DNA from: Eledone cirrhosa
Taxonomy: Eukaryota
Assembly: GCA_964016885.1 (NCBI GenBank)
Contig: OZ024741.1
Coordinates: 44,640,001 to 44,704,000 of the forward strand
Direction of reading: 5' to 3'
DNA: 64,000 nt
The notes under the pieces were generated by a model. That model was not told where the DNA came from, made no database searches, and saw nothing but the letters and a program-made list of their open reading frames with translations. Positions 28,135 through 40,859 of the stretch are shown one piece after another. Position numbers and translations under genes: made by a program. Position 1 is the first letter of the stretch, and each line of letters starts with the position of its first letter.

Positions 28135-28645
28135 GGGTATCAAAAAATAAAAATGGTATTTATAGGTCTCTATAAGTGGTAGGAGAGGGTGGGGAGTGGG
28201 ATGGGTGTAGGTCATTGGTTGATAGAAAAGGGAATTCATTAAAAGCTAATTCTACAAAGCTATAGTTTATTTTTATTTTTATTTATTTATGTTTTTAGAG
28301 TAACAAAGGCAGACAGAATTCTATAAACAGGTTCCGAATGGCATACCATTCCTTGTCATTAAGTTTCTCTTAAGCTAACAGATGTCTATAAGATCAGTGG
28401 GGGTCAGTCATGGTAGAAAGAATTAAAGAAAAGGGAGATTCTTTAAAAGCTAAAATCATTAAGGTTCTACTAAGTGACAAAGGTTTAAAGAATTCTGTAG
28501 ACATATATATATATACATACATACATACATATATACATACATACATACAGCCCTAATATAAATATAACCACTCATAAATACACACACCCACATATATTAT
28601 TTATATATACATCCAGCCATAACATTCATACAGACACACACAAAC

Positions 28646-28787
<142 letters not shown>

Positions 28788-28995
28788 GATAACAAGTTAT
28801 GGTTATAGGTAATGCAGTTAGAGGTTGTGAGTACTCCGTATTGTGGATAGTTTTAACGTACGGCGTTGTTTGACTCAACAAGCCGTTTCCATCGTTAGGT
28901 AGAATTAAAACCTTTTTGTACAGCTGACCATGTTATTATTCTTCAATCTTTCACTACTTATATATATATATTATATACATTGGACGGTTAGGTGT

Positions 28996-29441
28996 TGTAG
29001 CGACTAGCTCCACCTTGCCCAGGGAGAAAAACCTAATTGGAGTTACTTCCCAGTGGCCAGTATATAAGGAAGTGTGCTGACGTCACTCGACCTCTCTTGC
29101 TCACTTACTCTCTTTTGGCGGCGCCTCTCAAACTGGTCACATCGAGCGCAAGGATGCTAACCTTTTTTCTACCATATCTTATAATTCAGGATTATACCTT
29201 GTCACGAGGCACATTTGTTTACCACATATGTAATTCACGGGGACAATAAACGCAAGTCATTTTGATACTCGTTTTGAGAAACATATTAGGCTTCAGTTAT
29301 TACTTCAAATGTAGTGAGAGATAATACTCACCCGAAATGAAATTGTATGAAAATTCTCCTATCTCTTATTTCTATTAAATTTAGTAGTTGGGATCCGGTG
29401 GTACTTACTGGAGTAAGTAACCCTGGGACCAACTCACTAAA
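28996..29441 (+). repeat. 5' LTR
   Basis: TGTAGCGAC...CTCACTAAA; direct repeat of 33909-34360; contains TATATAA and AATAAA. Confidence 0.95.
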
Positions 29442-29443
29442 AG

Positions 29444-29455
29444 TGGTGACCCCGA
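29444..29455 (+). promoter_or_regulatory. Primer binding site (tRNA-Trp type)
   Basis: TGGTGACCCCGA two bases after the 5' LTR. Confidence 0.85.
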
Positions 29456-29812
29456 ATACGCAGCAAAACAAATTCATTTATACAATGCGTATAAAAGTAG
29501 TGACAAATATTTTCATACACTATTACAATTTATTGCCACAACAACTCCACTAAAAGGGTAAACACAGCAACTACACAGAAAAAAAAATATTCATGACTCC
29601 TGGAAATTCGATTTATTTCAGTCAGTTCGTGTGTGGCGAACAAAAATAGAAAACAAAAAATATTTGTCCATCGTGTCGTCGGTTCAACCAAGCTTTCCTT
29701 TTTGAAGTCGCCATCTTACTTGCTCGGTGCTACATATTTCTTCAGCTATTCATGGTACTACCACCTGTGCGGCAATTGAAAAACATTTTGCTCAGTGGCT
29801 ACTGTGTTCATC

Positions 29813-30570
29813 ATGAGCAATTCTTCGTTACCGACATATTCTGGTGATGCAAAGTTGTGGTTTGCACAACTGGACTCGTATTTTGCTGCTCACGGTGTTC
29901 AAGCGGCACAACAAAGATTACTCTTGCTCATAAGTGGAATTCCTACTTCGCTCGCAATCTCAGTCAAAGACATAATCACAGATCCTCCACAAGAGACATC
30001 TTACGAAACCCTAAAGGCAGAAGTGCTCAGACGGAACAGCCGTTCGTCTGAGAGCAGATTCGTTCCTTGTTGGAGAGGAAAACCTGGGAGACGGAACCCC
30101 GTCTCAATTTTTACGGCGCATCCGGGAACTGGGTGACTCAACAGCAAAGGACAACTCTTTCGTGAAACAATTATTCTTCTCCCCTTTGTCAACAAATGTG
30201 CAGACCATATTGGCAAACATGGTCGACACCAGTTCTCTGGAACAAATTGCAGCCTCGTCGCATTATGGAATTTTCTCGTGTGTCTACTTCGGCAGATTCA
30301 CTTGTCGCTTCTTCTGCTTTTAAAACACAGCCTGCTTCACCTCGTGAGGACTCAATGTTGAGAGGCATTGATGCGTTACCTCGTCAAGTGGCTAAACTGT
30401 GTCGGGAGCGAGCGCCATCCAGGTGGCGTTCACGGAATCGGTCTCCTTCTCTTCATCATCGCGCCAACCTCCCCGCCAGCAACTCGTCTTTGTGTTGGTA
30501 TCACGTGCGTTTTCGTGAAAAGGCGAAACATTGTATTCAGCCCTGCTCTTTCGAGAACTCGGAAAACTAA
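29813..30570 (+). pseudogene. gag: gag (frameshifted)
   Basis: DAKLWFAQLDSYF, SYETLKAEVLRR, C-terminal LCWYHVRFREKAKHCIQPCSF. Confidence 0.85.
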
Positions 30571-33500
30571 AATTGGAGAGTCTAGGCACAGCAGACCTCT
30601 CCCTCATTAATTCACCTTATCGTGCTTTTTTCATCAGAGATCGAGTTTCAAACAAATCATTTATGGTCGGCACAGGATCTACTTGCAGTATTTGGCCTCT
30701 TCGGTTCAGCTCTACCATGCCAATTTTTCCGGCATTTCCTTGTATGCAGTAAACCAGTCTCCCATAAAAACTTATGGACAAATATTTTTATCATTGGACC
30801 TAGCCTTGCGTCGATATTTCAAATGGATTTTCGTCGTTGCGGACCTACATCTTCCTATTCACGGTGCTGATTTTTTACACCACTGTTCACTGTTGGTAGA
30901 TGTCAGGAGACAGAAACTTGTGGATGGTGCCACATCCTTATCTACGCCTGCTCGTAGGTCTACTGCTACTGTCATAATTCCCGCGTGTTTTATAGCTGCC
31001 TCCGGAAACCAGTTTCATTCACTTCTTGCCTCGTTTCCCGAGTTAACTGACATTTCATTTAAACCGAATCAAGTAGTCCACTCAACTCGACATTTTATTA
31101 CAACATCTGCTCCGCCTGTTTTTGCTCGTCCACGTAAGTTGGCTCCGGACAGGCTACAGAAAGCCAAGGATGAGTTCGAACACATGCTTCATTTGGCTCG
31201 TAAAGGTGAAGCGGATTTTCTTCGACCTGTGGGAGATTATAGAGGACTTAATGCCATCACTACACCTGATCTTTATCCTTTACCAAATTTACAGGATTTT
31301 TAATCCGTTCTGCATGGATGCAAGATATTTTCTAAAATAGATCTCGTACGGGCTTACCATCAAATACCCATGCATCCAGAAGACATACCAAAAACAGCTG
31401 TGACCACCCCTTTTGGTTCGTTTGAATTTCTGTCCGTGCCTTTTGGTTTGCGGAATGCCTCTAGCACATTCCAACGTTTTATCTATGAAGTCACGCGTGG
31501 ATTGGATTTCGTGTTTGCTTACGTGGATGATCTCCTGATAGCCAGTGACTCAGCTGAGCACCATCATCAACATCTATCCCAGTTATTTCAACGTCTTCGA
31601 TCGTACCAGGTCAGAATCAACCCAGCTAAATGTGTGTTTGGTACAGCTTCACTGGAATTCCTTGGACATCTTATAGATTCGGAAGGCATACGACCTTTGC
31701 CATCTAAGGTAGAAGCGATTCAGCATATCGCACCACCCACATCCTTGAAACAATTACGTCATTTCTTGGGATTAATTAACTTTTATCGTCGTTTCATTCC
31801 TAACTGTGCGGACGAGTTGTTCCCCTTGACACAGTTTTTAAAGGCTGCAAAAAAGAAAGATGCTCCTATTTCACTTTCTGCCGATGCTTTGCAGTCTTTT
31901 GAATCCGTCAAGTCTGAGCTAGCTGAAGTTTCCTTCCTCGCCCATCCTGTTGCAAACGCGAGACTTTCTTTATCTGTTGATGCACCCGATCATGCTGTTG
32001 GAGCAGTTTTGCAACATGCGATCGATCACCAGGTTCAACCACTGGTGTTCTTCTCACGTCAACTAAAATCAGTAGAGCAACATTACAGTACTTTTGACAG
32101 AGCTTTTAGTGATTTATCTTGTGAGACACTTCCATCATCTTCTTGGAGGTTGGGAGTTCACGGTATTCACAGACCATAAACCACTCACATTCGCTCTACA
32201 AACCAAGTCTGACAGGTACTCTCCGATAGCGTATAGGCATCTGGATCTCATCTCCCAGTATACCAGTGACATTCGTCATATAGCTGGAACTGCCAACAAA
32301 CCCGCGGACGCACTATCTCGACTTTCTGTGTGTTCTCTTGCGTCTCCTGCACACATCGATTTGGTTGCCATAGCAACTGACCAACTTACTTTGGATTCGT
32401 TGGACATTTCTTCTACCCAGTTTTCCTGATGTAAATTTGAATATTTACCTCTTCCATCTGCTGAAAGAAAATTCTTTGCGATATTTCTACTGGCTCACCC
32501 AGACCACTTGTTCCAGATTGCCATCAACGTACCGTTTTTAATGCACTTCATTCCTTGTCGCATCCCGGCATAGCTGCCACAGTGAGGCTTATTACGGCTC
32601 GATTTTTCTGGCCTAATATGCGTCGTTTAATCACCGGTTGGGCACGTTCTTGTTTGAAGTGTCAGCGCTCTAAGATTTATCGGCATGTCCGCGCTCCTCT
32701 TGGGAAATTCAGCCTGCCTGACGCACGTTTCCGTCATATACACATGTATATCGTTGGTCCGTGGCCCGTTAGTCGTGGGTTCACATATATATTAACCTGT
32801 ATCGATCGTTTCTCTCGGTGGCCTGAAGCCATACCCCTAGTGGGCATAACAGCAGAGTCCGTTGCCCGAGCTTTCATTTCCAATTGGATTGCTCGTTTTG
32901 GTGTTCCTACTAAAATAACTACGGATCGTGGACACCAATTTGAAGCTTCATTTATTTCGTCAAATAAAACGACTCTTGGGTGCTTATCACATTCATACGA
33001 CCAGCTCTCACCCAGCCTCCAATGGAATGGTGGAGAGGTGTCCTAGACAGTTGAAAGCTGCACGTCACGCTACTCCTGACCGCAACGTTGGACCGAATTT
33101 TTGCCAATCGTGCTTCTTGGTTGTCGTTCTGCCATTAAGACAGATTTAGATTTTTCTTCTGCTTAACTTCTTTATGGTACCACATTGACTCTTCCTGGAC
33201 AAAAGTTAGCACCGGTGGATTCATCGCAACTTGACCCAGCATCATACGGCACCAGGATTCGTTCGTATTTCTCGGATCTTCCACCAATGAACCCTCGTGA
33301 CCAGTCTATTTCTTCTGCTGTCCCATCGGACATCTCTACGTGGACACACATTTTTATAGGGAATGTTCTGTCAAGGGACCGCTTACGTCACCCTACAATG
33401 GACCTTTTCGTGTGCTTTCGCACACACCCAAACATTTCACAGTGGCTGTCAATGGTCGAAAAGAGACAATATCCATTGACAGAGCAAAGAAGGCTTTCTC

Positions 33501-33660
33501 TGAAAGTCTTATTACACTGACTGACATACCTCGTACATACACTCCCACACCAACACCGTCACCTCCACCGCAAACACCACATACCACACAACCATATGTC
33601 ACACGAGGTGGCAGGACAGTAATATGGCCACGTAAACTCTCAAAAACAATATACATCTAA
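30531..33660 (+). pseudogene. pol: pol (protease, RT, RNase H, integrase), multiply disrupted
   Basis: FMVGTGS (mutated DTG), [78 protein letters not shown]. Confidence 0.93.
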
Positions 33661-33896
33661 CCCCTAGTGGATTAACTATTTGACTTTGAAAAATGTTGAA
33701 CTTATTTTGAGCACAATTTTCCTTGCTCCTTTGTACTGTTTTGAATTGTATTGTTCCAGTTACATTTCTCTGCATGCTTATTTCATACTTTGCTTCTGTT
33801 ACAAACCATTGTAATTTATGTACCTTTTGTTTTGCTTGCTCCTTATTCCACGGCTGCTCGCTACAATGACTTTACGGTTATTATCGACTATTGTCT

Positions 33897-33905
33897 GGAG
33901 GGGAG
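33897..33905 (+). promoter_or_regulatory. Polypurine tract
   Basis: GGAGGGGAG just before the 3' LTR. Confidence 0.8.
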
Positions 33906-33908
33906 CCT

Positions 33909-34360
33909 TGTAGCGACGAGCTCCACCTTGCCCGGGGAGAAAAGAACTAATTGGAGTTACTTCCCTGTGGCCAGTATATAAGGGAGTGTGCTGACGTCAC
34001 TCGACCTCTCTTGCTCACTTACTCTTTTTGGCGGCACCTCTCAAACTGGTCACATCGAGCGCAAGCATGCTAACCTTTTTTCCACCATATCTTATAATTC
34101 AGTATTATACCTTGTCATGCCACAAGGCACATTTGTTTACCACATATGTAATTCACGGACTACAATAAACGCAAGTTATTTTGGTACTCGTTTTGAGAAA
34201 CTTATTATGCTTCAGTTATTACTTCAAATGTATTGAGAGATAATTCTCACACGGCATGAAATTGTATGAAAATGCTCCTCTCTCTTATTTCTATTAAATT
34301 TAGTAGTTGGAATCCGGTCGTACTTACTGGAGTAAGTAACCCTGGGACCAACTCACTAAA
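33909..34360 (+). repeat. 3' LTR
   Basis: Direct repeat of the 5' LTR with many substitutions and small indels. Confidence 0.95.
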
Positions 34361-34659
34361 GTGTCATCATCTTGTTTTGTTGTTAACACAACGTTTTGGC
34401 TGATGTACTCTCCAGCCTTCATCAGGTGTCCCAGTGATGTTATTATGAATGTTTGTTCAGGTCACTGCCTATAATTGTTCTCGGAATCTTGAGGTTAGTA
34501 GCCCGCTTTTTAGCCACTTTTTTTTCTCGTGAATGTTCTTTTTCTTTTTCTTTTTCTTTTTCTTTTTCTTTTTCTTTTTCTTTTTCTTTTTCTTTTTCTT
34601 TTTCTTTTTCTTTTTCTTTTTCTTTTTTTTTTCCTTTTCTTTTTTTTTTTTTTTTTTTC

Positions 34660-34690
<31 letters not shown>

Positions 34691-36249
34691 TTTCTTTTTC
34701 TCGTGAATTTTTAGGGCTTATAAACTGATATTTTTCTATCCTTCCTCAATACCGGTTCCCATATACTGCTCATAGCTGCACTAGGTCTGCTTAGGAGGTT
34801 ATTGTGTCCTAGCATATGTGCTGCCTCTTTTAGTTTTCGTGTTTTCCAGTGGTGTTCACTGTCTATTATTTTAACTTCATCCCACAGGATGTATAAGCTA
34901 CCACAACTGCATGGGATGGAGTACACACAGTCTTTGTTCATATTCTCTTCTATTGGTGGTTCTACTCGAAGGTGATATTTGCGTAGTGTATTACGCTTGA
35001 ATACTGTCCTGGTGTTATATGGAACGCATACTACTACTGTAGTGTTGGGTCAATTGTCTGTACTCCATTGGTATGAAGTGTTCCTTGTTCTTGATTAAGA
35101 TCTGTGACAACTTCCTCTCAGTTTTCAGAGTTGGGTCTTTCTTTACTTTGCTGTAGCTACCATCACTGAGGAGACTTGCCAACTTTTCAGAGTAGTCAGA
35201 CTTGTTCATCACCACCGTTGCATTTCCCTTGCCCGCTGGAAGTATTATCATGGAATTGTCACTCTGTAGTGTTTTGATAGCAAAACTTTTTTCCTTAGTG
35301 ATGTTTGGTTTGGGAAGTTTCTCTTTCTCTAGTAGCTGTCTCACTTTCCACCTTAGTTCATCTCCCTGAGCTTTTGGTATCCTTGTCGCTATCCTCTTCT
35401 ATAGGGGCTATTATGTCCAAGTATGGAATGTGCTTGATGGTTGTCGCAAAGTTGAGACCTTTGTAAAAGGCCTCTCGGAAAAGATACAGAAGATATGCGG
35501 TCCATATGACATCAGGACAGTATTCAAGAGTAATACAACACTTCTCAAATATGTCCTTCGAGTAGAACCACCAATAGAAGATAATATGACCAAAGACTGC
35601 GTGTACTCCATCCCATGCAGTTGTGGTAGGTCATACAAAGGCGAAATAGGCCAGCCCCTCAAAATAAGGATAGAAGAACATCGTAAAGCCGTGACACGAG
35701 GAGAGATCGATAAATTGGGTATAGCTGACCATGTATGGAAAAACGGAGACCACCTTCTCCTGTGGGATGAAGTTAAAATAATAGACAGAGAACACCACTG
35801 GAAAACACGAAAACTAAAAGAGGCAGCACATATGCTAGGACGCAATAACCTCCTAAGCAGACCTAGTGCAGATATGAGTAGTATATATGGAAACCTGTAT
35901 TGAGGAAAGATAGAAAAATATAAGTTTATAAGCCCTAAAATTTCACGAGAAAAAGAAAAAGAAAAATAATAAGAAAAAGAAAAAGAAAAAGAAAAAGAAA
36001 AAGAATAAGAAAAAAAACTCACGAGAAAAAAAAAAGAATCACGGAGTTAGGGTTACTAACCTCAAGATTCCGAGTACAATTCTAGGTAGTGACCTGAACA
36101 AACGTTAATAATAACATCACTGGGACAACTGATGAAGGCTGGAAAGTACATCAGACGAAATGTTGTGTTAACAACAAAACAAGATGAAGACTCCTATCCG
36201 TCCAATGTATCTAATGTAAATAATTCCTTGTCTCAAAAATATAGAACAG

Positions 36250-36250
<1 letters not shown>
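34361..36250. mobile_element. Penelope/Poseidon-like PLE with inverted arrangement
   Basis: Plus ORF 35430-35903 has CVYSIPCSCGRSYKGEIGQPLKIRIEEH..IADH..RKLKEA. Its reverse complement lies at 34365-35015. Minus ORF 35015-35344 has IILPAGKGNATVVMN (DKG region). (GAAAAA)n in the 3'UTR. Confidence 0.9.
36125..36205 (+). ncRNA. Hammerhead-like core in Poseidon pLTR (inverted copy near 34380-34430)
   Basis: CTGATGA-a-ggctg..cagac-GAAA, possible GTC at 36200-36202; stem I not convincing. Confidence 0.45.
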
Positions 36251-36304
<54 letters not shown>

Positions 36305-36404
36305 TTTACATATATATATATATACATACATATATACATATACGTGTTTTGCGACGGGTCACTTTGTGGCTCAATGAAAATTTAATAAATTAAATAATCA
36401 GAGC

Positions 36405-36870
36405 TATATATCATAAAACATGTCTATAGAATCACCAGATAAAATATATACCATTTCCTCTCCCAATTAGCATAATTAACTATATAAAAAAATCGAATAG
36501 ACCAGGCTATAAGAATAAGGCTTCTATGAAGAAATCTCCAACAAATAACCGAAACTAGCCCTTCGCCTCAAAATGCGGACGAAACCATGGAAGAGGTATT
36601 TAAAGGTATTCTATTTTCTCCTAGTTTATTTTACACCTAATTCTGTTTAATTGACTGTATCTGGGCGATTACGCTGTCGAAATATTCGATAAATATTCCG
36701 TTGCGGCCGACGCGATGGGCTAGTTTCGGTTATTTGTTGGAGATTTCTTCATAGAAGCCTTATTCTTATAGCCTGGTCTATTCGATTTTTTATATAGTTA
36801 ATTATGCTAATTGGGAGAGGAAATGGTATATATTTTATCTGGTGATTCTATAGACATGTTTTATGATATA
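36405..36870. repeat. Inverted repeat, about 155-bp near-perfect arms and about 155-bp spacer
   Basis: 36405-36561 is the reverse complement of 36717-36870. Confidence 0.92.
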
Positions 36871-37057
36871 GCAAACAGCACGGACATTCTATCTCAAAAT
36901 TATTTTTGAAAAGCATTTAGAAATGCGCAACCGGTAAAAACTTAAAAACTTAAAACCACAACTGAATACTAACCCATACAAACACTAATACTCTTTTATT
37001 CCTAATTAAACCATTTTTCAACTGTGAACAATTTGTCAGCATTTTCTATTCCGTTTC

Positions 37058-37062
<5 letters not shown>
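36871..37062 (+). mobile_element. Solo pLTR-like repeat with variant hammerhead at 36903-36939
   Basis: ttt-TTGAAAA-gcattt ag aaatgc-GCAA-ccgg-TA-aaa; reverse copy at 63705-63900. Confidence 0.6.
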
Positions 37063-37130
<68 letters not shown>

Positions 37131-37135
<5 letters not shown>

Positions 37136-37703
37136 ATGTTGAAAAGGTAACACACCAGAGAGTGATATACAATGCGCTATCAATAAAACAAGGAAAAAAC
37201 CACCAGTGTATGAAATCTATAACCTATGAAAGCAGACTATAGGCACGATAATTAAAAATATAAATTAAAAATATAAATTAAAAATGTTAAAAGTGACTGT
37301 AAGGCTACACGTGGGAGAGAGAAGTAGCGTGTTTAAGGTAGGCCACTGGTTCACTGCCCTTAAACACGCAAACACGCTACTTCTCTTTCCCACGTGTAGC
37401 CTTACAGTCACTTTTAAAATTCTCTTAGTGTTGTCTGAAATGTATAGCCTTACACACGCTGTGGAACCGAGGTTATTCCATTTCTGTCAACAACTTACTG
37501 GCGAAACAGATCTCTTTGGATTTGTACGTGTGTTATATAGTTACAGAGGTATTTATTTACGCTTTAATTTATATTTTTAATTATCGTGTCTATAGTCTGC
37601 CTTTCATAGGTTATAGATTCCATACACTGGTGGTTTTGTCCTTGTTTTATTGATAGCACACTGTATATCTCTCTCTGGTGTGTTACCTTTTCAACATATT
37701 GTA
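37131..37703. repeat. Nested inverted repeats (outer about 140 bp, inner about 50 bp) enclosing a hammerhead
   Basis: 37131-37270 pairs with 37563-37703; 37287-37334 pairs with 37371-37417. Confidence 0.88.
37452..37533 (+). ncRNA. Type I hammerhead motif with A6U core change
   Basis: acacacg-CTGTGGA-...ctggc-GAAA-cagatc tctttg gatttg-TA-cgtgtgt; 7-bp stem I, 6-bp stem III. Confidence 0.7.
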
Positions 37704-37869
37704 TTTTAAAGAGCTCAGGATTTCTTCTCCTTTGAGCACATTATTTACAGGGAATGGCGAGGCTCTATGTCTCCGTTAATTTATCGTGATATATATATAT
37801 ATATGTATGTATCTATGTATCTATGTATGTATGTATGTATTTATGTATGTATGTATGTATGTATGTATG

Positions 37870-37899
<30 letters not shown>

Positions 37900-37900
<1 letters not shown>

Positions 37901-39135
37901 GGGAAAAGGAGCTCCTAATAGTCAATGGCCATCCAAAATCACCGGGAGAGATGACCCCTTAGCCTTTGTCAAGGCAGAATTCTAGGAGAAGGAAAACTCT
38001 GATATAACACCTGCAACCCTGATGGTATCCATTGACGTTGACATGTTCTTCTTTTTGGTAAATATCATCTTGGTTAAGAGAGTGGGACTGGCTTTGTGCA
38101 ATGCCTTTGCTCACTATAAAAGCTTCACGGCACAGGCATTGCTTTATATCTTGAGATGTCTCTGCACTTTTCGTCACATGTTACGATGGGCCCAGCACTA
38201 TGTGTCAATAATTGTCAAGTGTAGTGTTTGTACCAGAGTTTTCAAGTCGCTGGCTGGACTAAAAAGTCACACTCGTTCAGCGCATCGGTAGGGGTTCTCC
38301 TACATGGATATAAAGTAGTGGACGTACTCGAAAACGAGTTGGCAGCCACCATGTATGTATGTATGTCAGGTCACACTTGAATGCTACTGGTAACATGTAA
38401 CCCAGTACAACATGTCGCATGGTCGGGGCGTCGGCCACTAAACCGGCAATCCCACCAAGTTTACTTGGTGAGGAGGGTGATTTTGGACACCCTACAGGAC
38501 AAAAGCAAAACCTGACAAAAGGCGGAAGAACTCATAAGAGTCAACGGCCATCCAAAAGTGTGTAAATATCTACATATGTATGTATATGCGGGGGGACATA
38601 GAAATAGTCGGCCTGGACACCCGATCGCGTGGTTAAACCACTGGGAGTGAAGGACTCCTAGCCTTTGTCAGGGCATTATTCTAGGAGAGGGCAACTCAGG
38701 AAACTGGGATAACTTCGATATAAAACCTGCGACTCAGTAGTTACCGATGATGTGGATCTTTTCTTCTTTTCGGGTTATAGCTACTGTCTCACAGAGAGTG
38801 GGATTGGCTCAGTGCACAGTCTTTCCTCACTTTAAAAAATATCTTCATGCACAGGCATTGCACGATAGAATTAATTAATTGTTTCTACTTTAGGCACAAG
38901 GCCAGTAATAACCCAGTGCATTACTGGTACTTTATTTTATCGACCCCGTAAGGATGAAAGGCAAAGTCAACCTCGGCGGGATTTGAACTCAGATCGTAAA
39001 GGGACGTAACTATGCTGGAAAGCATGGCGTCCGACCCTCTACCGATACTGCCAATCCACCGCACGATAGAATGAATTAATAATTATTAATATCGTGCAAT
39101 GGCCATACTCGATAACGAGGAGGCAGCCATCATAT
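37900..39135 (+). mobile_element. Cluster of RTE-derived non-autonomous retroposons in (TATG)n
   Basis: 37900-38351 matches 10400-10852; 38368-38560 matches 10263-10440; 38600-39135 is a related subfamily split by a SINE. Confidence 0.65.
38878..39060 (-). mobile_element. tRNA-derived SINE
   Basis: A/B-box-like head (GAGTTCAAATCC), central ctttgcctttcatccttacggggtcgataaaataaagtacc domain; about 20-bp TSD gcacgatagaatKaattaat. Confidence 0.88.
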
Positions 39136-39261
39136 GTGTATGTATGTATAATATGTTATACACTGTAGATAGATATCTTAAAATCCATTCAGACCTATAG
39201 TTAATTACCTCTAGCCTCCACCAATTAGTTCACTGTTTTACTTGCTACTTTCTTTCTACTT

Positions 39262-39388
39262 GCCATTCTGAGTTCAAATCCCGCCGAGGTTAACTTTGCC
39301 TTTCAACCTTACGGGGTCGGTAAAATAAAGTACCAGTAATACACTGATTAATTGCTGACCTTGTGCCAAAAGTAGAAACAAGTATTAT
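39262..39388 (+). mobile_element. 5'-truncated SINE of the same family
   Basis: Matches 39845-39970. Confidence 0.85.
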
Positions 39389-39778
39389 ATGTAACAGCTT
39401 TTCTTTCTTTCTTTTCCTCTTTATCATTCTTCATGTCTCGGTTCTACACACCTGCCTTATACATCTTCTCTGGTTGCTGTGATATCTACATCTTTTGAAT
39501 TTCGTAACCTATTAAAATACAAAGTTATAGATATGTACAATATAATGATATAGTTTAATGTTTCGAGATAAATAGCTTTGCTTGATGTGGGTGTTGGATA
39601 TGAAGTTCTTCGGATGAGCAATTGTTATTTGTAGATTTATGAACTCAGTGTTCCAATATAATTACAAACATTGGTTTTCACTTGCTTAATTGGAAATAAA
39701 GATGAACTCACAAAACTGATTTGATGTTAAAAATGCGTCAACATTCCCTCTCAATTAACACTATTTTCAATCTTTCAA

Positions 39779-39970
39779 GGCGGTGGACTGGGAGTATCGG
39801 TAGAGGGTCGGACGACATGCTTTGCAGCATAGAGTTACGGCCCTTTCCATTCTGAGTTCAAATTCTGCCGAGGTTAACTTTGTCTTTCATCCTTACAGGT
39901 TCGATAAAATAAAGTACCAGTAATGCACTGGTTAATTGCTGGCCTTGTGCCAAAAGTAGAAACAATTATT
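39779..39970 (+). mobile_element. Full-length tRNA-derived SINE
   Basis: 16-bp TSD tattttcaatctttca (39762-39777, 39967-39982); B box gagttcaaattc. Confidence 0.9.
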
Positions 39971-40094
39971 TTCAATCTTTCAGCAATAGATATTTCGAAA
40001 AATAAATAACGTCAGCATTTCAATAGTTTTAGCAATTTAACCCTTATAACATGGCGGACTGAATATCTCATCTATTATTCCATGTTTTCTGTTA

Positions 40095-40219
40095 CAGCAG
40101 TAACAACAACAATAACAATAACAGCAGCAGCAGCATCTACAACAACAGCTTCAGCAATATCATCAACAACTATAACAACAGCGACATCAGCAACAACAAC
40201 AACAACGGCATCTACTACG

Positions 40220-40271
<52 letters not shown>

Positions 40272-40438
40272 AGACGATGATGACTCCTACTACAACTACT
40301 ACTAACTACTAAGACGATGATGATTACTACTACAACTACTACTACTACTACTAAGACGATGATTACTACTACTACTACTACTACTAAGACGATGATTACT
40401 ACTATTACTACAACAACCACTACTACTACTACTACTAC

Positions 40439-40469
<31 letters not shown>

Positions 40470-40705
40470 GCTATTTACTACTACTACTACTAATACGATG
40501 ATGACTACTACTACTTACTACAACTATTCATTTTTTTTTTCATTCTAATCACACATCTATTGATCTATAATCAACAGCACCATAATGATGATCAGGAAAC
40601 ATCATCATAATCATCATCATCATCATAGTCGACGTAGTCTTTGTCGTCGTCGTCAGCATCATCATCATCTTCGTCATCATCATCACTATCATCTTCATCA
40701 TCACC
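40095..40705. repeat. Compound trinucleotide tract (AAC/AGC, ACT, AAT, CAT)
   Basis: Direct reading. Confidence 0.95.
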
Positions 40706-40859
40706 CTCACATTTATTTTGCAGTTCTCTTAATCACAAGTGTGTACCTTGATCCAGATCCTTCAGAGACAGTTTTATCAAAGCTATATCAATACACTGAA
40801 AGCAGATTAATTAACAACATACATCAATGTAGACACCATTTATAGAAATTGAAGGAACT

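Larger units (their letters stand above)
28996..34360 (+). mobile_element. Full-length decayed Ty3/gypsy LTR retrotransposon, CsRn1/Kabuki-like
   Basis: Two LTRs of about 450 bp, GTGT target-site duplication (28992-28995, 34361-34364), tRNA-Trp-type PBS, PPT, gag CHCC motif, PR-RT-RH-IN order. Confidence 0.95.

Noticed and set aside
39779-39870. tRNA gene
   Set aside because: SINE head with A/B-like boxes but no cloverleaf; it has a TSD and multiple copies.
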